Shown piece after piece: positions 1 through 10,162 of a stretch of 64,000 nt of DNA. The notes beneath the pieces are model-generated. The model made no database searches and had not been told where the DNA came from. It saw nothing but the letters and a program-made list of their open reading frames with translations. The position numbers were made by a program, and so were the translations under genes. The DNA comes from a virus, in IMG/VR virus record IMGVR_UViG_3300046453_000063, positions 64,001 through 128,000 of that record. One strand, written 5' to 3'. Numbering within the stretch: position 1 is the first letter of the stretch; every line of letters begins with the position of its first letter.

Positions 1-1046
1 GAACCACTTGCACCAGAAAAATCATTAGTGGTTGGGCCATATAAGCCTCTTGTCTGAGCAAAAGCATAAGACTTTCCCCAAGCTTGATACATATCTATCA
101 ATCCAGTATTGTATTTTTTACTCAACTCATAATTTACTTTTACATAGTTAGGCCATGCACTTGCCCATCCTGAACCCGAAGTCATATAAGGAAGTAGAAT
201 GACACTTGAACCCACACTTATAAAGTGTTGCACCAAGGCTTCCATATTATTTTTATATGTTGATAGACTAACACCTGTTCCGCCATCATTTATTCCTAGT
301 GCAATTATAGCAAGATGAGGTGGCTTACCAGCCCAAGACGCTTTAGTATTTGTATTGTTCCAGTCTCCAGAAACATAACCAGAGTATCCGATTCTGTGTA
401 CTTGAATTCCTGTAGCTGATATTTCTGCAAGTATTCCTTGTACCCAAACTTGAGTACTATTTGCTGGGACAATGGTTAAAACATGAGCACCTGCCGTTAA
501 CCCTGTAAATGTTTGATAATTGTTAAAAGTAATTGTTGCTCCTGTACAACTAAGTGAACCAACCGATGTTCCGTCAATTTTAACGTCAGCATTACCACCT
601 GTAGGACCCTTTGTGTAGATGATCGTGAATTTATCGCCTGTAAAATTAATCGTTAGTGGAGTAGTAGCTCCTGTGGAATTGGCATAGCAACCACCAAATC
701 CCGACTTGGAGCCAGGAGATAATGACCACCCTGTACCAAATGTAACTCGTGAGTGTGATCCCGCAGGTAGAGCACCTTCGTATACATTAATAAATCCTTC
801 TCCGGCATTACCATATTTGGATTGCAGAGACTTTCTCAATACACAGGCCCACGCTGTATTAGGTTCATCAGAAGTAAATTCTCCCCTAGTAATCGAATCT
901 CCAATACAATATATTTTACATGGCGTAACTGATCTTTCAGACAATCCAATACGATAATCAATCAGTGAATCCTTCATGTTATATCCGAAGGTTTGATTTT
1001 GCTGATCAGTCCACTTTTTTGCCGCTGCTAATGATACCGCATCCAT
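1..1046 (-). CDS. SGNH/GDSL hydrolase-domain protein (runs off window end; not in ORF track)
   Basis: Manual translation from ATG at 1046: MDAVSLAAAKKW...IYCIGDSITRGE (block I)...IGYSG (block II)...IIALGIND (block III); beta-rich insert between blocks; open to position 1. Confidence 0.8.
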   Translation of the reverse strand, partial: MDAVSLAAAKKWTDQQNQTFGYNMKDSLIDYRIGLSERSVTPCKIYCIGDSITRGEFTSDEPNTAWACVLRKSLQSKYGNAGEGFINVYEGALPAGSHSRVTFGTGWSLSPGSKSGFGGCYANSTGATTPLTINFTGDKFTIIYTKGPTGGNADVKIDGTSVGSLSCTGATITFNNYQTFTGLTAGAHVLTIVPANSTQVWVQGILAEISATGIQVHRIGYSGYVSGDWNNTNTKASWAGKPPHLAIIALGINDGGTGVSLSTYKNNMEALVQHFISVGSSVILLPYMTSGSGWASAWPNYVKVNYELSKKYNTGLIDMYQAWGKSYAFAQTRGLYGPTTNDFSGASG

Positions 1047-1048
1047 AG

Positions 1049-1435
1049 TTATCCACCAGTCCTTCCTTTGATACTTACGTTTCCACCCGTAACAGAGGAC
1101 AAACTGACAATAAATGATACAAGGTTTTCCGTGTTTGTGAACGTCCAAACTTCATTCATTCCACCAGATGTACCAATTTCAAAATCTGATACTCTATAAC
1201 CAGAGATAGGAATCTGTGCTCCGCTTTCTGATACACATTTAAAATCAACTGTAGCACTAGTTGCCGCTCCGTATATTTCAATTGTGATAGATGATTTTCC
1301 ATTAATTGAATATGTTCCTGTTGTTGTAGAAGTTGCTGCATTAACAAGAGTAAAAGATACTGGAGACGAGGGGGAATTTGTTGAACCACCAATAACCGTA
1401 ACTTTTTGAACTGTTCTTAGACCATTCTCAAACAT
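1049..1435 (-). CDS. Small beta-rich phage protein, possibly virion-associated
   Basis: 128 aa, Ser/Thr-rich, SD AGGTGAGGTG, abuts the SGNH gene. Confidence 0.6.
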   Translation of the reverse strand: MFENGLRTVQKVTVIGGSTNSPSSPVSFTLVNAATSTTTGTYSINGKSSITIEIYGAATSATVDFKCVSESGAQIPISGYRVSDFEIGTSGGMNEVWTFTNTENLVSFIVSLSSVTGGNVSIKGRTGG

Positions 1436-1457
1436 ACTTTCACCTCACCTTTATATT

Positions 1458-1736
1458 TTAGTATTTTCCAAACCATTTATAATTGATTCCTGATTCAACA
1501 ATAATAAATGAATATAATTTGGTATCGTTTCTGTTTATTTGTACTCCCTGGTCGGCATCAAGTGGGATAGGGGAACTGTTGTTAATTTTCACAGTACATG
1601 CCTCGTTGTTTAGAAATGAGAATTCATAATAAATGCCTCTTGGGAATGTTAAACTTGGGTCAATAATTGTAAGGATTTCTTGATTTTCTGTGCTGACTTG
1701 ACGATCTCCATTGTATCCTGCATACTTTCCTGCCAT
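1458..1736 (-). CDS. Hypothetical phage protein
   Basis: 92 aa, SD AAGGAGA, co-oriented with late operon. Confidence 0.6.
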   Translation of the reverse strand: MAGKYAGYNGDRQVSTENQEILTIIDPSLTFPRGIYYEFSFLNNEACTVKINNSSPIPLDADQGVQINRNDTKLYSFIIVESGINYKWFGKY

Positions 1737-1815
1737 TTTTCTTTCATCTCCTTGTATTGGGTTCAGTGGAGGAGAAATATATCTCCTCTCACCAAAATAA
1801 ACATATCATCTATAT

Positions 1816-2214
1816 TTATTTATTAACTTTCCCAGCAAACTCCAATCCCTGCTTTACCAAAATCTCAATCAATTTCTTCTCTTGATCGCTCGGTTTTACT
1901 CCGTAATGCTCACAAATGCTATCAATAATTCCTAATGAAAGTACGATTTTATCATCTTCTGACAATGTTCCATTAGCATATGCATTCACATATTCAACAG
2001 TCTCGGCAGCAACATCGAGTACAAAGTTTGCTTTCTCTTTATACTTATCTGCGATAGGAAGGATGTCTACAACTAAACGTTCAATATTAGTCAAACTCAA
2101 GACAGTCTCAATGTTCTTGATTGTAATCCATCTCTTTTTGTTCATCCAAGGAACTACGAAAAATCCAGCTACAATGAGAAGAGTGGCTCCAGCAATGATG
2201 TATAAGTCATTCAT
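1816..2214 (-). CDS. Putative second holin / membrane protein
   Basis: N-terminal TM helix (LYIIAGATLLIVAGFFVVPW), SD GGAGG, directly after endolysin. Confidence 0.55.
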   Translation of the reverse strand: MNDLYIIAGATLLIVAGFFVVPWMNKKRWITIKNIETVLSLTNIERLVVDILPIADKYKEKANFVLDVAAETVEYVNAYANGTLSEDDKIVLSLGIIDSICEHYGVKPSDQEKKLIEILVKQGLEFAGKVNK

Positions 2215-2239
2215 TTTAATTCCTCCATATATTTATTTA

Positions 2240-2962
2240 TTAGTTGATATATAGTTTTTTATTGATATTGTCCCAAGAAGCCTTAATTAATCCCAAACGC
2301 TTCAGATCCTCAACAGACACATAATTTTTATTATCCTTCATAAATCCATCAACAAGAGAATTATCTTTTGTATATACAATTTTTACTTTATCCACTTGAT
2401 CATCATCCTTTACTGTTGGTTGTATCGGTTTTACTTCAGGAGCGATATATTTATATTTATTAATCAATATCATTGCTCCATCAACCTGTTTCTGAGTTGG
2501 AGTCTTGCCTGATCTAAACTGAGAAGTGGGGAGACCAAATGTCATTTGAAAGTGTGGATAGTCCTTAATAGAAATCCAATCACCACCCCATTCAAAACCG
2601 AGTCTCTTTGCTTCGTCTACAACCTCAATCCAGTCCTTAACATTGTTACTGTTGAAGTCTGTTTTCAAATCCCATGTTACATTTTTACCGTCAGGAAGTA
2701 TAAGAACAAAATCGATAGCCACTCCGAAGTTATGGAAGCTTGTTCCACCTTTAGCATTGGTTACAATATTCCCTGGTTTAGTTCTACCTTGAGCATATAG
2801 AGCGTCTTGTTCGGCAATAGTACGAAGCCCTTGAGTAACTTGAATATAAATACCTTTTCTATGACAATTCTCAATAAGTACTTTTGTGGCTTCTTGCAAT
2901 ACGGGATGGAGTCCGGCAATCTTAGATGTAGATTTATTCATCACTTGCTCTAGTGTTAACAT
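2240..2962 (-). CDS. Endolysin, peptidase M15 (L-Ala-D-Glu peptidase, CwlK-like)
   Basis: Motifs QGLRTIAEQDALYAQGRT, SFHNFGVAID, EWGGDW, DYPHFQ. Confidence 0.92.
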   Translation of the reverse strand: MLTLEQVMNKSTSKIAGLHPVLQEATKVLIENCHRKGIYIQVTQGLRTIAEQDALYAQGRTKPGNIVTNAKGGTSFHNFGVAIDFVLILPDGKNVTWDLKTDFNSNNVKDWIEVVDEAKRLGFEWGGDWISIKDYPHFQMTFGLPTSQFRSGKTPTQKQVDGAMILINKYKYIAPEVKPIQPTVKDDDQVDKVKIVYTKDNSLVDGFMKDNKNYVSVEDLKRLGLIKASWDNINKKLYIN

Positions 2963-3057
2963 TTATCATATACTCCTCTCGAAACTTGTGTTATGATTCA
3001 ACTGAGACGAAGTTATTGGGGATGCTCAAGCCGGGCGATACTTTAACATTCGTCTTT

Positions 3058-3582
3058 TTATGCTGTCGTTTCTTCATTCTCATGACTCTCTGGATCTGGA
3101 ACAATAGTTAAAGTGGGGGTAGAAGGGACGGATTCATTTTCATTAGGGAGTGGGTTAGTATTGCTTTTCGTGCTCAAAACTCCAATGATCATTTTTACTT
3201 GTGCTGGCAATTTTACATCCATACGTCCAAGGTTTTCTGCCAATGAAATTAGCTCGTTTAATATATAGAAGTAGGACGCGCCAAGCATGAATCCAATGTT
3301 CCCATCTAAACCCAACAGCATATCAAATCTATACATAAGCGCAACAACCATAAACATTAAGAATTTCTTAAACAACCCCCAGAAGCCTTTGTTTGAATTA
3401 AGTCCTTTAGTGGGGTCGCTGGGGTTCTTCATTGATTCATAAATTGAAGCCGCAATCCCGGTTATATAATCAAAAACGCAAAGAAGTGCGAGAAGCCCCA
3501 AAGCATCACTCCAACCTCCGAAAGCATAGGTGATAACAGATCCACCAAATGCCACGCCTAATTTTTTCAATACATCATACAC
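3058..3582 (-). CDS. Holin (phage holin 4_1 family)
   Basis: FGGWS..L..L...DYITG...NELISLAENLGRM signature; likely GTG start at 3582 behind GGAGG. Confidence 0.88.
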   Translation of the reverse strand: MYDVLKKLGVAFGGSVITYAFGGWSDALGLLALLCVFDYITGIAASIYESMKNPSDPTKGLNSNKGFWGLFKKFLMFMVVALMYRFDMLLGLDGNIGFMLGASYFYILNELISLAENLGRMDVKLPAQVKMIIGVLSTKSNTNPLPNENESVPSTPTLTIVPDPESHENEETTA

Positions 3583-3616
3583 ATTAACGTCCTCCAATGT
3601 CTTATAAAAACTATAA

Positions 3617-4801
3617 TTAGTTATTATATTTATTTATATAATTATTTTTAAATTCAATTAAATTTTCAAATGTAACATTGTCGCCTTTACCATATATGCA
3701 ATGGAATTCATCATGGATAGCTTTTAGAAGAGGAATGCCAAGTTCTTTTTTGTGTTCATTTGTAAACTCATTGACTAAAAGATCGAGTTCTTCTTCTGAA
3801 TAATCTCCGACATTCTTATTCAAATCTAAGCCTAGCTTTGAAATACATTTATCTCTAATTTTATGAAACGGAGTAATATGATGAATCTGCAAGTTTCCTT
3901 TTTTACCAGTAACAAAACATTTATAATTATACTTTTTAAAAGAATCGGTTTTCCACTCAGATATTTTACTTCTTAAATAAATGCTGATTAATGTTGTTCC
4001 TCCTTTCCAGTTTGGATTATTCTCTCCTTTAAAATTATCTGTTGCACACTGAGGGCATCCTTTTTCAGCAAGTAAGTTGCAATAAGAGATTTGATTATCT
4101 CTATCGGGATGAGTGGGACATACATATTTCATATTTGCGAGAGCATTATGATATTCAGTCTCTAATAGAATATAGCCTCTTTTCTCAAATAAAGATTTAA
4201 CCTTTGAAAATGGAACTCTGTGGCTTTTACCTCGTTTTATTAAACCGCAATATTTACATCCTTGACCCATTCTAAACTTAGAATATCCGACTTCTTGAGT
4301 AGTTTCGGAATGCATCGAACATATATATTTCAATTTACTTTTCGAGTCAATATATCTATCTTCTAACAACAAATATCCTCTTTCACAAAATTCTACTCGG
4401 ATGTCTTCGAAGTCAAACGTAAGTGGTTTAGAACATATCTTACAACCTCTCCATTTTGTGAGATTAGCAACCTTTATACTCATAATTTCATCGGGGTGAT
4501 TGGGGCAGATACATCTCATTAGCTTATCTTGACCTACATACTCCTTATCAATTAAGACAAAACCTTTTTCTAAAAATCTATTTTCAACTTCTTCAAACGT
4601 CAGTCTTTTTAGGTCGTAGGCGCAGTGTCTGCATCCATTTCCTTCAGCGAACTTACCTATTGTTATAGTTAGAACACCTCTGTCTCTGTGTGTCGGACAA
4701 ATGTATTGCAGTTTTTCTTGTCGGTTACACCTTTCGGACAGAAGTTCATATCCACGTTCCGAAAACATTTTTTTAACTTCTTTAATATTATACTTAATCA
4801 T
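3617..4801 (-). CDS. Putative homing endonuclease: Cys/His zinc-binding repeats plus C-terminal HNH-like domain
   Basis: Four repeats of FxxRGYxLL...YxCxxH...GCxxC; ENNPNWKGG; CFVTG..LQIHH...HDEFH. Confidence 0.75.
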   Translation of the reverse strand: MIKYNIKEVKKMFSERGYELLSERCNRQEKLQYICPTHRDRGVLTITIGKFAEGNGCRHCAYDLKRLTFEEVENRFLEKGFVLIDKEYVGQDKLMRCICPNHPDEIMSIKVANLTKWRGCKICSKPLTFDFEDIRVEFCERGYLLLEDRYIDSKSKLKYICSMHSETTQEVGYSKFRMGQGCKYCGLIKRGKSHRVPFSKVKSLFEKRGYILLETEYHNALANMKYVCPTHPDRDNQISYCNLLAEKGCPQCATDNFKGENNPNWKGGTTLISIYLRSKISEWKTDSFKKYNYKCFVTGKKGNLQIHHITPFHKIRDKCISKLGLDLNKNVGDYSEEELDLLVNEFTNEHKKELGIPLLKAIHDEFHCIYGKGDNVTFENLIEFKNNYINKYNN

Positions 4802-4871
4802 ATTTACATCCCCACCTTATTTTTCCAAACAAAAAAGAGACACATTGCTGTGTCCCTCACTTTTACTCAAA

Positions 4872-4961
4872 TATTCAATTTTTCTAATTTTGTCTCTCAA
4901 AAAACCCAGTGTTTATGCGGACTTTTTTGACGCATTTCCTGATGAAATTCCTATTTCATGA
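4872..4961. repeat. Composite recombination-like site A (accessory inverted repeat plus 8-6-8 core)
   Basis: AAAACCC-agtgtttatgc-GGACTTTTT then TGATGAAA-ttccta-TTTCATGA; degenerate direct repeat of 22052-22142. Confidence 0.7.
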
Positions 4962-5079
4962 GATAAGTAATTATTTTCATATTAATGAATAAATATATAA
5001 TAATTGCGACATTATACGACACAAACGACTCGATAACTTGGATATACTTATAATATATATTCGAGAGAGGAAGATGGGG

Positions 5080-5205
5080 ATGCCTTATTATCATTTTAGA
5101 GAAATTTGGACACCATTAATAATATTTGGGGTTAGATTCTACAAAGACAATGATGATCAGATGTGGTATAAAATAGGGAAGAGACATAAGAAAAAATTTA
5201 GATAA
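5080..5205 (+). CDS. Small basic protein, 41 aa (moron)
   Basis: MPYYHFREIWTPLIIFGVRFYKDNDDQMWYKIGKRHKKKFR, SD GAGAGG, upstream -10-like TATACT. Confidence 0.55.
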   Translation: MPYYHFREIWTPLIIFGVRFYKDNDDQMWYKIGKRHKKKFR

Positions 5206-5390
5206 ATTTAAATAATACATCAGAAGAATTAGAATCTGAAGTATTATTTTGATTATTTTTGTATCCACTAGTGAACAATTTGGTCCAATTGTACATAAAA
5301 TATAGATTCTTAAAAATCAACACTTTCTTTGTACCATTTTTGTTATACTACAAACATATTTCACAATCTAACTAAAAGGAGAACATTATT

Positions 5391-6434
5391 ATGAACAACT
5401 CAAAAAAAAGAATAGAGTGGATTGATACTGCAAGAGGGTTAGGTATACTCTTAGTTGTATTAGGGCATGTAGATCCGCCTATTAATTGGACAATCTTTAT
5501 CTACACGTTTCATATGCCTTTATTCTTCTTTTTATCAGGTTATCTATTTTCAATTAACAAACACAACACACTAGGTATTTTTTTAAGAAATAAATCTCGA
5601 ACCTTGTTAATACCGTATTTCTCGTTTTCCATCCTATCTTTAGCATTTTCTATTGGATTAAGTATATTTAGCTCAGGAGATTTTAATATACTTAAATCAT
5701 TGCTTGGCATTTTTTACTCCAATGGAATTAATGGCTGGATGAATTATAATATCGCATTATGGTTTTTAACTTGTTTGTTCGTTGTAGAAACTATGTTCTA
5801 CTTCATAGCAAAGAAAGTTAAAAATTTAAAGTTGTTATTTTTTTTCGTGGTCATGTTTTCAGTTCTTGGATACATGGATAGTTTATATATGCCAATTCGA
5901 CTTCCTTGGAGTATAGATATTTCATTTTCTGCCATTGTTTTTTTTGGTTTAGGATTTCTATCCAAAAAATATGAATTCGATAAAATTTTATTTGAAAACA
6001 AGGCGTTCTTTTTCATTATTCCATTGTTGGTAACTTCATGGTTTGTAAAAGATATGATTAACAATAACTACATAATTGATATGAACTATAATAAACTAAA
6101 TCATTATTACAATTTTTATATCCCTGCAATTTGTGGAATATTATTTTTTATTATTTTTTCTTCAATAATAAAATCAAATTTTTTAGTTTACCTTGGTAAA
6201 AATTCGCTAATTATATTAGCATCTCATTTACCTATCATAACTTTAGCCAGGTGGGTAATAAATGCATGTGGTATCACAGTTTATAATCAAACTTTAAGAA
6301 GTGTAATCTTAACATTGTTCACTGTACTCATCGTTCTCCCTACTATTTTTATTGTTAATCATTATTTTCCCCTCATTGTAGGGAGGAGGAAACAATCTAT
6401 TCCTGAACCAAAAATCTTATACGGCTTAAAATAA
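5391..6434 (+). CDS. Acyltransferase family 3 (membrane O-acyltransferase), moron
   Basis: RIEWIDTARGLGILLVVLGH, FHMPLFFFLSG, LWFL; ~10 TM segments; opposite strand, own terminator. Confidence 0.9.
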   Translation: MNNSKKRIEWIDTARGLGILLVVLGHVDPPINWTIFIYTFHMPLFFFLSGYLFSINKHNTLGIFLRNKSRTLLIPYFSFSILSLAFSIGLSIFSSGDFNILKSLLGIFYSNGINGWMNYNIALWFLTCLFVVETMFYFIAKKVKNLKLLFFFVVMFSVLGYMDSLYMPIRLPWSIDISFSAIVFFGLGFLSKKYEFDKILFENKAFFFIIPLLVTSWFVKDMINNNYIIDMNYNKLNHYYNFYIPAICGILFFIIFSSIIKSNFLVYLGKNSLIILASHLPIITLARWVINACGITVYNQTLRSVILTLFTVLIVLPTIFIVNHYFPLIVGRRKQSIPEPKILYGLK

Positions 6435-6441
6435 AACAATC

Positions 6442-6490
6442 AAAAAGACTACAAAAATAATGCAAATCTATTTATTTTGTAGTCTTTTTT
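6442..6490. terminator. Bidirectional intrinsic terminator
   Basis: AAAAAGACTACAAAA...TTTTGTAGTCTTTTT between convergent genes. Confidence 0.75.
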
Positions 6491-6563
6491 AAATAATTTA
6501 AGTTAAAAATCCATCTATATTTGCGGTAGTGTTCAATGCAAATATATCCCGTATGTTCCACTA

Positions 6564-6764
6564 TTAGTAAATTATCTTATAGTGAATTCCTTGAGATTCG
6601 AGTAATTTTTCCAACTCATCATCGTCAATTTCGAATTTAATTTCTTCCCAGCGATCTCCTTTAAATCCAAACTCTGTTTCACAATATTTATACATCATAT
6701 CTCTTGCCACTATAGCATCATCATCCATATAAAAAGTCTCGATTCCAACTTCAATTGCAAACAT
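6564..6764 (-). CDS. Hypothetical phage protein
   Basis: 66 aa acidic, SD AGGTGA. Confidence 0.55.
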   Translation of the reverse strand: MFAIEVGIETFYMDDDAIVARDMMYKYCETEFGFKGDRWEEIKFEIDDDELEKLLESQGIHYKIIY

Positions 6765-6783
6765 TATAACATCACCTACCCTT

Positions 6784-7134
6784 TCAACAGTCGATTGCCC
6801 CGGAAAACTCCGGCTTACCCTTCACATGGTCGTATGCCTGTTTGATAAAGTTATCCGTGGACTGCATATTGGGAACAAATTCGTATTTGTGCTGATCGAT
6901 TATTTTAGTAACATCTGAGTTGTAGACGGTCAAAGTCACGTCCAAGCTCGATTTTCCTCCGAATAGGATATCAATACGACAATAGCAGTCCGGTATAGTC
7001 GTTGTATAGCATCCATTACTCTGCCAATCAATCAAATCCACAACTTGCTGATCTGTCAGGAATTCGCGTACAGCCAGTTCATCGACGTACACATTAGGCA
7101 AAACCTTATATTGATAGTTCATTTTTAGAGCCAC
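6784..7134 (-). CDS. Tail fibre-associated small protein
   Basis: C-terminal FIKQAYDHVKGKPEFSGAIDC typical of proteins following tail fibres; GGAGG SD. Confidence 0.65.
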   Translation of the reverse strand: MALKMNYQYKVLPNVYVDELAVREFLTDQQVVDLIDWQSNGCYTTTIPDCYCRIDILFGGKSSLDVTLTVYNSDVTKIIDQHKYEFVPNMQSTDNFIKQAYDHVKGKPEFSGAIDC

Positions 7135-7146
7135 TGCACTACCTCC

Positions 7147-7386
7147 TTATGGATTACTGGAACAAAAAAATACGTTTGGTGACTTTAATTTGTTTGGATC
7201 AAATATTCGTGGAAAATAATTGCCTCGTTCGACATTTGACAATACAATCTTTCCAATCCACTTTTCATTCACCTTTTTCACCATTTCTCCATACGCACGA
7301 AAGGCCTGTTCGTAGTTATCGAATTCTTCAACCTCTGTGTCGTAACCGTTAGGACCGTACATAATAACTAACCACATAGATTTCAT
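7147..7386 (-). CDS. Hypothetical phage protein
   Basis: 79 aa, SD AAGGAG. Confidence 0.55.
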   Translation of the reverse strand: MKSMWLVIMYGPNGYDTEVEEFDNYEQAFRAYGEMVKKVNEKWIGKIVLSNVERGNYFPRIFDPNKLKSPNVFFCSSNP

Positions 7387-7398
7387 ATCTCCTTTCTG

Positions 7399-9921
7399 TT
7401 ACTCGGCAAACTCAATTAAGATTGACGCGGAGATATCTGCTGTCGTAGGAGCCCAGCCTGTTGTCGCATACCTCAATGTCAGTGTCTCCGTAGGCGACAC
7501 ATCAATCGGGGTTGTCACAGTCTTCGTGACAACGAACACGTTTGTGTTAAACGTCAATGTCTCGCCAGTAGACACTCCGTTTTTATAGATTGTTAGCGTC
7601 AGCGTCCCTGCAGTATGCTGCTCGTTTGAGTAGACACTCAGACCTACTATCTTCGCTGCATATCCGAGTATATACGCCTGTGTTCCTCCGCCAGTGTTCA
7701 TCGGGATGGCAGCAGAACTAGCCGGGACATTATCCAGCCAATAATTTAATGACATTTTGCTAACAGATTTCTTTGTGTCAGCTACACCGCTGCCCGGGTT
7801 GTTCCACAATTTATTACTGGAGTGGAGGTCGATTCTCGGGGTATTGTAATAGGTGGAGAAATAAACAGTATTATTGCTGACAACGTTGTTTTGACCTGTA
7901 CCAGTAATGCACTTACCCTTGTTAGTATGAACGACTTGTCGTGTAAATGTATTAGCGTCAATTATATTGTATCCACCAATATTTATGACAATATCGTCCT
8001 TGGAAGCATCGCGGCGGTTGCCGTTCTTGAACGTGTTTCCTAGTATTTTTACCGTTGAACAATCAGTCATAATGATACTTTCATCCATCTGTCGCCAGAA
8101 ATCATTAACCGCAACGATACTGTCTACCATTTTGACCGCTTTGATGCCGATACCGGAGTCAATCGCATCGTAACTACCGTCAAAATAGTTGTTTTGGATT
8201 TTGATTAACTCCACATTGAATCCGTCTATAGTGTCCTCGACCCACACGCCGCCATTAATCGAACTACCGATGATTTGATTTTGTTCGATAAATTGGCTTG
8301 GCTTAACAGCATGAATGCCGAAGGATCTGCTGTACGCCCATACCGTGTTATTGTTAGTCCAGGAGTCGGTACTTTCCATAACGATGCTCGCTTGATTGAG
8401 CAGACAGAACTGAACACGGTTCACGAAGGAACTTAATCCCGTAGCCCGGCTGAACCAAATACCCGCAACGTCAGTCTTGGTAAGCGTCATTCCAATGATC
8501 TCAACATTCTGTACCAAACACTTAGAACAGTTGTGAAAATGGATATGGTACTTGGACCTGGACGTTAAGGTGGTGTCAATAATCTTGAAATTCTCTACCG
8601 TTGTATTGCTCGAATTATTGATAGAGAATACTTCAATGTCGCTCGTGACGCTGATTGTGCTTCCGTTTCCTTCTACAATAATGTTTTCATAGTTAATGGA
8701 TATTGGACTGGTGATATGGTAGTTTGCCGATGCTACAAAATCCAGAACACCACCGTTCACCAGACTGTTAGCCAGTGCTTGTATTTCCGCCATGGTCATG
8801 TTGTCTCGGACATACACATGGTTCTGCACCACATCCGCCAACTGCGCAGTAAGAGTGTCATTGACGACTTTGAGAGCATTGGCTGTTGGAGCTAAAGTAG
8901 TGGAGGGAGTAGAAGCGTTGTCTATTAGTTGGACAATACCTTTTTCGGTTATGGAGGCATCTACTTTATTAATTACAGAATTCCATGTTGTAGACACCGA
9001 AAGTTGCATAATCATTTTCCAATATGTTGTGTTAGTGGGCAGAACACCAGTAGACTGTAAAATGTTTTGATACACTGCATCATTATAAACAACTATATTC
9101 AGTGGTTTATAAGTTACTCCATTGTCATATTCGCCTTTATTGCTCAATTCAGCAGCATAATCACCTTTTGCCTTTGCATAGTCTCCCTGCTCAAGAGCGT
9201 AAGCTGCTTTTAGGTCGGCATTATCGGCAGAATCGTCTGCATTACTGGCAGCAGTGTTTGCGAGGCTTGTAGCAGTGTCTGCGTTCGTCTTAGCGGTGTT
9301 TGCCGCACTGGCAGCAGTATTAGCGCTGTCTCTGGCTGTATTCGCCTGAGAAGTTGCTGTGTTTGCTAATCCGGTGGCAGTATTGGCATTCGATGTTGCT
9401 GTGTTTGCGTTTGTTGTAGCAGTTACAGCTAGAGCGGCCTTTGTATCTGCATTTGCAGCAGCAGCATTTGCATCGGTAGTTGCTTCGTGTGCATCATCGA
9501 TTGTTTGATTGAGGGTAGGGAGTTCGTCAATAACTTCCTGACCAGCAACAATAATGTCTTTTAGGGTTTGAACTACATTTCCCTCAGACTCTTCAACCCA
9601 TATTCTTCCCGAACTTACATAATGATTTCCACGGCCTTTATAGATTGCTGTTAGGGTTAGCCCTTCAGCGGCAGAATTGAAATAAACTAAGCCCTCAGCA
9701 TAATCAACTCGATATTCATTTGTCGCTAAATTAGTTGTATTAGAAACGGGCAACTCGTAGTATCCTGTAATTCTAACTTTGTTTAACGAAACTGGAATTT
9801 CATTAAGTTGTATAACACCATTGATTACTTTTTTTGATTCTGTAATGTCGATATATGGGTCTGAACTTGTGCCAGCTCGATATTTCGTGATTGTGCTGTT
9901 TTGATAGTTGAAAGACGACAT
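7399..9921 (-). CDS. Tail spike / receptor-binding protein with right-handed beta-helix (putative depolymerase)
   Basis: N-terminal anchor, ANTA coiled-coil repeats, DASITEKGIVQL tail-fibre repeat, then pectate-lyase-like beta-helix (IQNNYF, ILGNTF, VSNNTV); ATG at 9921 behind AAGGAGG. Confidence 0.85.
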   Translation of the reverse strand: MSSFNYQNSTITKYRAGTSSDPYIDITESKKVINGVIQLNEIPVSLNKVRITGYYELPVSNTTNLATNEYRVDYAEGLVYFNSAAEGLTLTAIYKGRGNHYVSSGRIWVEESEGNVVQTLKDIIVAGQEVIDELPTLNQTIDDAHEATTDANAAAANADTKAALAVTATTNANTATSNANTATGLANTATSQANTARDSANTAASAANTAKTNADTATSLANTAASNADDSADNADLKAAYALEQGDYAKAKGDYAAELSNKGEYDNGVTYKPLNIVVYNDAVYQNILQSTGVLPTNTTYWKMIMQLSVSTTWNSVINKVDASITEKGIVQLIDNASTPSTTLAPTANALKVVNDTLTAQLADVVQNHVYVRDNMTMAEIQALANSLVNGGVLDFVASANYHITSPISINYENIIVEGNGSTISVTSDIEVFSINNSSNTTVENFKIIDTTLTSRSKYHIHFHNCSKCLVQNVEIIGMTLTKTDVAGIWFSRATGLSSFVNRVQFCLLNQASIVMESTDSWTNNNTVWAYSRSFGIHAVKPSQFIEQNQIIGSSINGGVWVEDTIDGFNVELIKIQNNYFDGSYDAIDSGIGIKAVKMVDSIVAVNDFWRQMDESIIMTDCSTVKILGNTFKNGNRRDASKDDIVINIGGYNIIDANTFTRQVVHTNKGKCITGTGQNNVVSNNTVYFSTYYNTPRIDLHSSNKLWNNPGSGVADTKKSVSKMSLNYWLDNVPASSAAIPMNTGGGTQAYILGYAAKIVGLSVYSNEQHTAGTLTLTIYKNGVSTGETLTFNTNVFVVTKTVTTPIDVSPTETLTLRYATTGWAPTTADISASILIEFAE

Positions 9922-10162
9922 TGTTATGAAATTCCTCCTTATGTATAACGTTTGAAGCACAACAAAAAGCCACTTACGAAGGAGTGACTAGATGATGGAA
10001 TATGTTTTTTGATAATACGTGTTTAATAAATAAAAATATGTAAATAATATAAAATACATACGATTAATCTCTTGTCAACTGGAATATGTTGGTGTATAAT
10101 AAAAATATACATATTAACATAATCCATCAACAATAACAACAAATAAAAAGGAGTGAAACAAA

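Noticed and set aside
706-957. + strand 83-aa ORF and the many other short ORFs antisense to or nested in long genes (e.g. 1916-2254, 22478-22834, 46795-47154)
   Set aside because: Shadow frames of well-supported genes; no SD and no recognisable motifs
9230-9490. ANTA repeats as diversity-generating retroelement TR/VR
   Set aside because: Simple coiled-coil coding repeats; no reverse transcriptase or adenine-variant repeat pair seen
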